A DNA stretch of 20,721 bases. Origin: Synechococcus sp. (GTDB lineage Bacteria > Cyanobacteriota > Cyanobacteriia > Thermostichales > PCC-7336). The stretch is from assembly GCA_051439605.1 (NCBI GenBank), contig JBFRWN010000074.1:1-20721 (forward strand), written 5' to 3'. The notes under the pieces were generated by a model. That model had not been told where the DNA came from. It searched no databases and saw only the letters and a program-made list of their open reading frames with translations. A program made the translations under genes and the position numbers. Shown here piece by piece: positions 16,107-20,721 of this stretch (positions are counted from its first letter, which is position 1; every line of letters starts with the position of its first letter).

Positions 16107-17597
16107 ATGTCCGCAATTTCTTGGAAAGCCCTATTGGCAGGTACTGCTGCCGTAGGCGCTGCGCTCGTAGCTGGTGGCGAAGTTCAAGCGCAAGTTCAGC
16201 CCGAACAATTCGCTCAAGTCAACGCTCTATCGGATCTCAGCGACGTTCAGCCCACTGACTGGTACTTCCAGGCACTACAGTCCTTGGTTGAGCGCTACGG
16301 CTGTATTGCCGGTTATCCCGATGGTACCTACCGCGGTCAGCGCGCCATGACCCGTGGCGAGTTCGCTGCTGGTTTGAACGCATGTTTAGACGTCATCAAC
16401 CAACTGATTGCTGAAGGTCTGGCTGACAAAGTTACTAAAGACGATTTAGCTGTTGTACAGCGCCTTCAGGATGAATTTGCAGCTGAACTGGCTGCTCTGA
16501 AGGGTCGTGTTGATGCTCTGGAAGCGAAGACTGCCGAGTTAGAAGCTAACCCCTTAGGTTTGAATGCGACTACCTCGAAGCTGGGCTTCGAAGTAATTTC
16601 TGGTATTTTTGCAGCTAGCGAGCCCGACGATGTTACTAACAACGTTCAGGTTCCCTACCGTATCCGGATGAACTTCGATACCTCCTTCAGCGGTGAGGAT
16701 CAATTGCGCGTTCGCTTGCAGTCTCGCGAAGCCAATCAGTTCAGCACCAATATTGAAGACCGAAGTACTGCTGCTGCATTGACCTTCTCCGGTAACAGCA
16801 GCGGTAACGAAGACGATAGTGAAGACGTAGAACTGGACGATGTTTACTATCGCTTCCCTCTCTTTGATGGTCGCGTGACTGGCTTGTTCGGTATCAACAG
16901 CATTGCTTCTACTGACCTCGTTCTTTTCGCAACTCCCTTCGACGGTCTCTCTGACTGGGGAGATGGTGGTAGCGACTTGGTTTGGGACGGTCTCGGTGAG
17001 CAAGCCGTGATGTTCTCTTGGGAAGCTGTTGAAGACCTATTCTATGTCACCTACGGTTATGCAGCTGAAGGTGAAGGTAACGATAGAAACGAAGGTTTCT
17101 TCGCTGGTCCCTCTCAGCACTCGTTAGAATTGGCAGCCACTCCTGTTGATAGTTTGCTTCTGTCTTTGGCAGGTACCTCCACCGCGGTCGATCCGAGCAG
17201 CGATAGCACTGACGATTTCTTCTCCGTTGGCTTTGGCTTTACTTGGGAGATCGTACCCTGGGCAATTTTCTCCGGTTGGTATGCTCACGCCTTCGAAACC
17301 GATGGAATTGACGACACTGATGACTGGCTAGTTGGTTTTGCTTTCCCCGACCTGTTCATCGAAGGCTCTAACGGTGGCTTTATGGTGGGTAGCCCGGACT
17401 TCTTCGTTGCGAAAGATCGCGGCGACGATGATACTCTCGATAGTGCGGGCGATATGCCTATCCAAGCTGAGGTTTACTACAGCTTCCCGCTCACCGAGAA
17501 TCTCACCATCACCCCCGGTGTCTACTACATCTCTAATGTTGATGGCGATGATGAAGACATCGTAGTTGGCGGTGTTCGTACCACCTTCAAGTTCTAA
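16107..17597 (+). CDS. cyanobacterial outer-membrane porin with SLH domain (SomA/SomB, OprB-like 'iron uptake porin' family)
   Basis: Signal peptide; LSDVQPTDWYFQALQSLVERYGCIAGYPDGTYRGQRAMTRGEFAAGLNACL (SLH); coiled coil; NFDTSFSGEDQLRVRL; C-terminal GVRTTFKF. Confidence 0.93.
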   Translation: MSAISWKALLAGTAAVGAALVAGGEVQAQVQPEQFAQVNALSDLSDVQPTDWYFQALQSLVERYGCIAGYPDGTYRGQRAMTRGEFAAGLNACLDVINQLIAEGLADKVTKDDLAVVQRLQDEFAAELAALKGRVDALEAKTAELEANPLGLNATTSKLGFEVISGIFAASEPDDVTNNVQVPYRIRMNFDTSFSGEDQLRVRLQSREANQFSTNIEDRSTAAALTFSGNSSGNEDDSEDVELDDVYYRFPLFDGRVTGLFGINSIASTDLVLFATPFDGLSDWGDGGSDLVWDGLGEQAVMFSWEAVEDLFYVTYGYAAEGEGNDRNEGFFAGPSQHSLELAATPVDSLLLSLAGTSTAVDPSSDSTDDFFSVGFGFTWEIVPWAIFSGWYAHAFETDGIDDTDDWLVGFAFPDLFIEGSNGGFMVGSPDFFVAKDRGDDDTLDSAGDMPIQAEVYYSFPLTENLTITPGVYYISNVDGDDEDIVVGGVRTTFKF

Positions 17598-17621
17598 ACT
17601 GACCTAGTTTCGGTTTGAATT

Positions 17622-17656
17622 AAGAGGAAGAGTTTAACAACTCTTCCTCTTTTTAT
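17622..17656 (+). terminator. rho-independent terminator of the porin gene
   Basis: AAGAGGAAGAGTT-taac-AACTCTTCCTCTT followed by TTTAT. Confidence 0.88.
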
Positions 17657-17961
17657 ATTGACTTTATCCGGTTTATCCTGAGTTTTGCGGAGATTTAATA
17701 TGCGTAAATATACGGTTCCATAGCAACCCACTCTGTCCTGATTCAAATGTTTTATGAGGAATGCTCCTTCACAGCTTCCCTTAAAACAACGTTGTTCCCT
17801 GTCGATTGCGGAAAATACGTAGAAGGCTCCTCCACCATCGCCGATGGGAGGTTTTAAACAACTGGGCACATTGATGGTATCTGACCTGTGGATTCGCTAG
17901 TTAAGTTTGCTTTTTGGCTCGCGATTCGCCCACCTGAACGAGATTATCCAACGAGACCCTA

Positions 17962-18435
17962 ATGATCAGATCGCAACCTATCGACACCAGCGCCCAGCGT
18001 CGCAGAGTTCGTCATGTCCTCGTGATTGAAGATAATTCTGGGCGTCGTGCTGTATCCCTCGAAGCCGCTACCTACTCCTTGGGGCGGGATCCTAGCAGTG
18101 CGCTAGTCCTGCATTCCAATTATGTGTCACGCCAACATGCCATTTTGTTGAGGGTACCGGTGCCGGGTCAAGCGAACCATCTTTATCGCATCTTAGACGG
18201 CAATTCTCGTGGCGAACTCAGCACCAATGGTCTGACAATTAACGGCAAGCGTCAAACGTCCTACGACCTGGAACATGGTGACACTATTGCATTTAGCCGT
18301 GATGCTGTCGCAACTTACTACATGACCGATAACTTATCTGACGCAGAATTATCCAACTATGCTGAATCGGCAGGATATCGTAGCCTCAAGTTAGAGGTTC
18401 AAGACCCCTCCCTCACCTCTTTAGAAGTCAAGTAA
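17962..18435 (+). CDS. FHA domain-containing protein
   Basis: YSLGRDP, VSRQHAILLR, STNGLTING, LEHGDTIAF are the conserved FHA G-R, S-x-x-H and N-G motifs. Confidence 0.9.
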   Translation: MIRSQPIDTSAQRRRVRHVLVIEDNSGRRAVSLEAATYSLGRDPSSALVLHSNYVSRQHAILLRVPVPGQANHLYRILDGNSRGELSTNGLTINGKRQTSYDLEHGDTIAFSRDAVATYYMTDNLSDAELSNYAESAGYRSLKLEVQDPSLTSLEVK

Positions 18436-18486
18436 TATTGGATATTAACGGCGCCAAACGTTTACCCCACTCAATAGGTTTTCCTT

Positions 18487-18523
18487 CAATGCTGGTGGCA
18501 ACTGACAGGTTGTGCCAGCATTG
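18487..18523. terminator. inverted repeat after the FHA gene (possible terminator or 3' stabilising hairpin)
   Basis: CAATGCTGG..CAAC-tgacag-GTTG..CCAGCATTG; no strong U-tract. Confidence 0.45.
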
Positions 18524-18602
18524 CTCGTATGGCGACTGAAATGACCGCAGCTAAAGCAATACCTCTGTTGCCTTGGGCAAACGCAGTGCTGTGGGCAATC
18601 CG

Positions 18603-20063
18603 ATGACACGACCTGCACAACCTCTACCTTGTCCCCAAGATTGCCGGGTAAATCGAGCAGGCAGGTTAGCCATGCTGGTCATCTGGGCGATCGCCTTGGG
18701 GATGCGGTTGTGGCATCTTGGGGCCATAGAGCCACCCGTGTTTGATGAAGTGTATTTCCCAGTTTTCGCCGAGAGCTATTTAGACGGGGTGGCGCCGTTT
18801 GATGTCCATCCGCCGTTGGGTAAATACGAAATTGCCCTCGGAATTTTGCTGTTTGGACGCAATGCCATTGGTTATCGAATCGCATCAGCGATCGCCGGTT
18901 CGTTGATTCCAATTGCACTGGCGGGCTTGGTCTATCGGTTAACCCAGCGATGGCGCTTGGCGCTGACGGTCGGGTTGCTAATGCTGCTGGAGGGGCTGTT
19001 CTTGGTAGAGTCCCGATTTGGGCTGATGAATGTATGGCTGGTGCTGTTCGGGGTCACCGCCCATATTTATGCCGTTGCAGCACTTCAGCGACAGGGTTGG
19101 CAACGGTTTTGTCTTTTGGGGGGCTGTGGGCTGTTGCTAGGGGCCAGCTCCGCAGTGAAGTGGAATGGACTGGGGTATGCCCTCGGGCTGGGGGGAATGG
19201 CCTTGCTGGCTCTGGGAGCAAGGGTCATCCCTACGATTGCAAAAGGTTTGAAATCCCCTAGCTCTGCTCGAAAGGCAGGCCACCCACTAGGAATCTGGGC
19301 TCAGCTGGGATATTTGCGATGGTGGCATTACCTACTGTGTTTAGGAGTAGTACCCGTTGCCGTCTACGGTCTGCAGTGGTTGCCCCACCTGTGGTTACTA
19401 GAGAACGATCCACCGCTTTCTATTGCGAGCTTTCCTAATCAGCTGATGCAGATCCACCAACAGATGTTGGGAGGACATGCCAGTGCCACCTCACTGACAG
19501 GAGATACTCCAGTCCATCCTTACTGTTCTTCATGGTGGACTTGGCCACTATTGGGGCGTCCCATCGCCTATTTTTTTGCTGAGGATGGTGAGGTATGGCG
19601 AGATATCCATGCCATTGGGAATCCGCTGCAGTGGTGGGCATCGACAATAACGATTGCCTCATTTTGTTTCCAGAAGTTCTACCCGCTTCTTCGCAGCAGG
19701 GATTCAGCCATCAAGTCCGCAAAGGAACCGCAAAACGCTATTGACGGGAGTTTCAAGCTGTATTTGCTGGTGGGGTATGCAGCCAATCTTCTCCCCTGGA
19801 TGGTGGTTAGCCGCTGCACATTTCTCTATCACTACATGGGAGCACTGGCATTTAGCACCATGGCTCTGGCTTGGGGTATGGAGCGGATGTTATTTCACCC
19901 CGATCGAGTCTATCGCTGGTGGGGCTGGAATCTGGCGATCGCTATTCTGGCCTGTGGATTATTTTTCTGGCCCTTATGGTTTGGGCTGCCACTATCCCCC
20001 ACTGGGTTTTACCGCCGGATGTGGTTTCGGGGTGACTGGATAGTCCAAATGAGCTGGATCTGA
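18603..20063 (+). CDS. dolichyl-phosphate-mannose--protein mannosyltransferase family (PMT/GT39-like) membrane glycosyltransferase
   Basis: VFDEVYF (DE motif), FDVHPPLGK, ESRFGL, AVKWNG, HPYCSSWWTWP, GNPLQWW, TFLYHY; start uncertain (18573, 18603 or 18672). Confidence 0.88.
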   Translation: MTRPAQPLPCPQDCRVNRAGRLAMLVIWAIALGMRLWHLGAIEPPVFDEVYFPVFAESYLDGVAPFDVHPPLGKYEIALGILLFGRNAIGYRIASAIAGSLIPIALAGLVYRLTQRWRLALTVGLLMLLEGLFLVESRFGLMNVWLVLFGVTAHIYAVAALQRQGWQRFCLLGGCGLLLGASSAVKWNGLGYALGLGGMALLALGARVIPTIAKGLKSPSSARKAGHPLGIWAQLGYLRWWHYLLCLGVVPVAVYGLQWLPHLWLLENDPPLSIASFPNQLMQIHQQMLGGHASATSLTGDTPVHPYCSSWWTWPLLGRPIAYFFAEDGEVWRDIHAIGNPLQWWASTITIASFCFQKFYPLLRSRDSAIKSAKEPQNAIDGSFKLYLLVGYAANLLPWMVVSRCTFLYHYMGALAFSTMALAWGMERMLFHPDRVYRWWGWNLAIAILACGLFFWPLWFGLPLSPTGFYRRMWFRGDWIVQMSWI

Positions 20064-20080
20064 TTGCCGCAACTCGATCG

Positions 20081-20563
20081 CTATGGTGAAACCGAAAACG
20101 CGGCCTCCAAGTCCCGCTGCACGTGCTTGGGAACTAGGTGCTGAATGGGACCACCGTGCCGGGCTATCTCTTTGACGACGCTGCTGCTGAGAAAACTGTG
20201 CTCGGTGGAGCAGGATAGGAAAATCGTTTCTAGATCGGGTTCCAATGTCTTGTTGATGTGTGCCATTTGCAACTCCATTTCAAAATCCGAAACGGCTCGT
20301 AGCCCCCGAATTAGAACGGCTGCATTCTGCTGGCGAGCATGGGTGACAGTTAGCCCCATAAAGTTGGACACCTCCACATTTGACCACTGCTGGGTTGCAA
20401 TTGCGATTTGCTGCATCCGCTGTTCGACTCTAAACAGCGGATCTTTAGTGGGATTTTTGAGCACGGCCACAATCAGGCGATCGAACAGGCTGGCTGCCCG
20501 CCCAATGATATCGAGATGGCCGAAGGTAATAGGGTCAAAGCTACCCGGGTATAGTGCAATCAT
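20081..20563 (-). CDS. coaD: phosphopantetheine adenylyltransferase
   Basis: [43 protein letters not shown]; start at 20563 (alternative 20590). Confidence 0.97.
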   Translation of the reverse strand: MIALYPGSFDPITFGHLDIIGRAASLFDRLIVAVLKNPTKDPLFRVEQRMQQIAIATQQWSNVEVSNFMGLTVTHARQQNAAVLIRGLRAVSDFEMELQMAHINKTLEPDLETIFLSCSTEHSFLSSSVVKEIARHGGPIQHLVPKHVQRDLEAAFSVSP

Positions 20564-20721
20564 GAAGGGCTCAAACGGAGTCGCTTCCATCTTGACGGGA
20601 AATGGCAGGTTTAGCCTCGTTTGACGGTAGGAGATTCATAGCAATTGTCAAGCTGCTTGGGACCTCTCACAGTTTTGCCGTTTGCTGAGAACCTTTATCG
20701 CAGGTGCAGGTAGCGGTGCCC

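Larger units (their letters stand above)
994..19942. repeat. dispersed HIP1 octamers (GCGATCGC)
   Basis: Seen at 994, 2210, 3639, 3645, 4123, 4203, 4578, 7034, 8754, 8972, 9295, 11865, 12123, 12437, 15371, 18687, 18888, 19935 (manual count, may be incomplete). Confidence 0.85.

Noticed and set aside
17826..17856. Hairpin CCTCC-A-CCATCG-c-CGATGG-GAGG followed by TTTT upstream of the FHA gene
   Set aside because: Could terminate a small RNA in 17660-17855, but the inner loop is too tight and no promoter or conserved motif supports a transcript

Overview
Cyanobacterial chromosomal window, judged from about 18 GCGATCGC HIP1 octamers, acsF, an SLH-domain porin and a cyanobacterial-type 6S RNA. 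Most of it is housekeeping: a cupin/mannose-6-P isomerase-like gene, an aldehyde dehydrogenase, leuCD, a TIGR03792-like gene, a CocE/NonD hydrolase, an M50 site-2 protease, acsF, a cation/H+ antiporter, a porin, an FHA protein, a PMT-type glycosyltransferase and coaD. Main leads: (1) a 'threonine synthase' plus MoaD/CysO-like sulfur carrier operon. The carrier ends GG-L (capped), and a near-consensus sigma70 promoter has its -35 overlapped by a perfect 15-3-15 palindrome with an IscR/Rrf2-type core, suggesting sulfur-carrier-dependent homocysteine or cysteine synthesis rather than threonine synthesis. (2) An AT-rich orphan 246-aa ORF with DDxxD and RLxNDxxDxxxD motifs, i.e. a compact class I terpene-synthase-like protein. 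(3) An M50 protease with a degenerate zinc motif (HEIGQ). (4) A structured porin 5' leader with a Yfr1-type target site. (5) An antiporter gene flanked by a 20-bp tandem duplication and a 5'-truncated binding-protein remnant. All calls come from motif recognition by eye; no searches were run.
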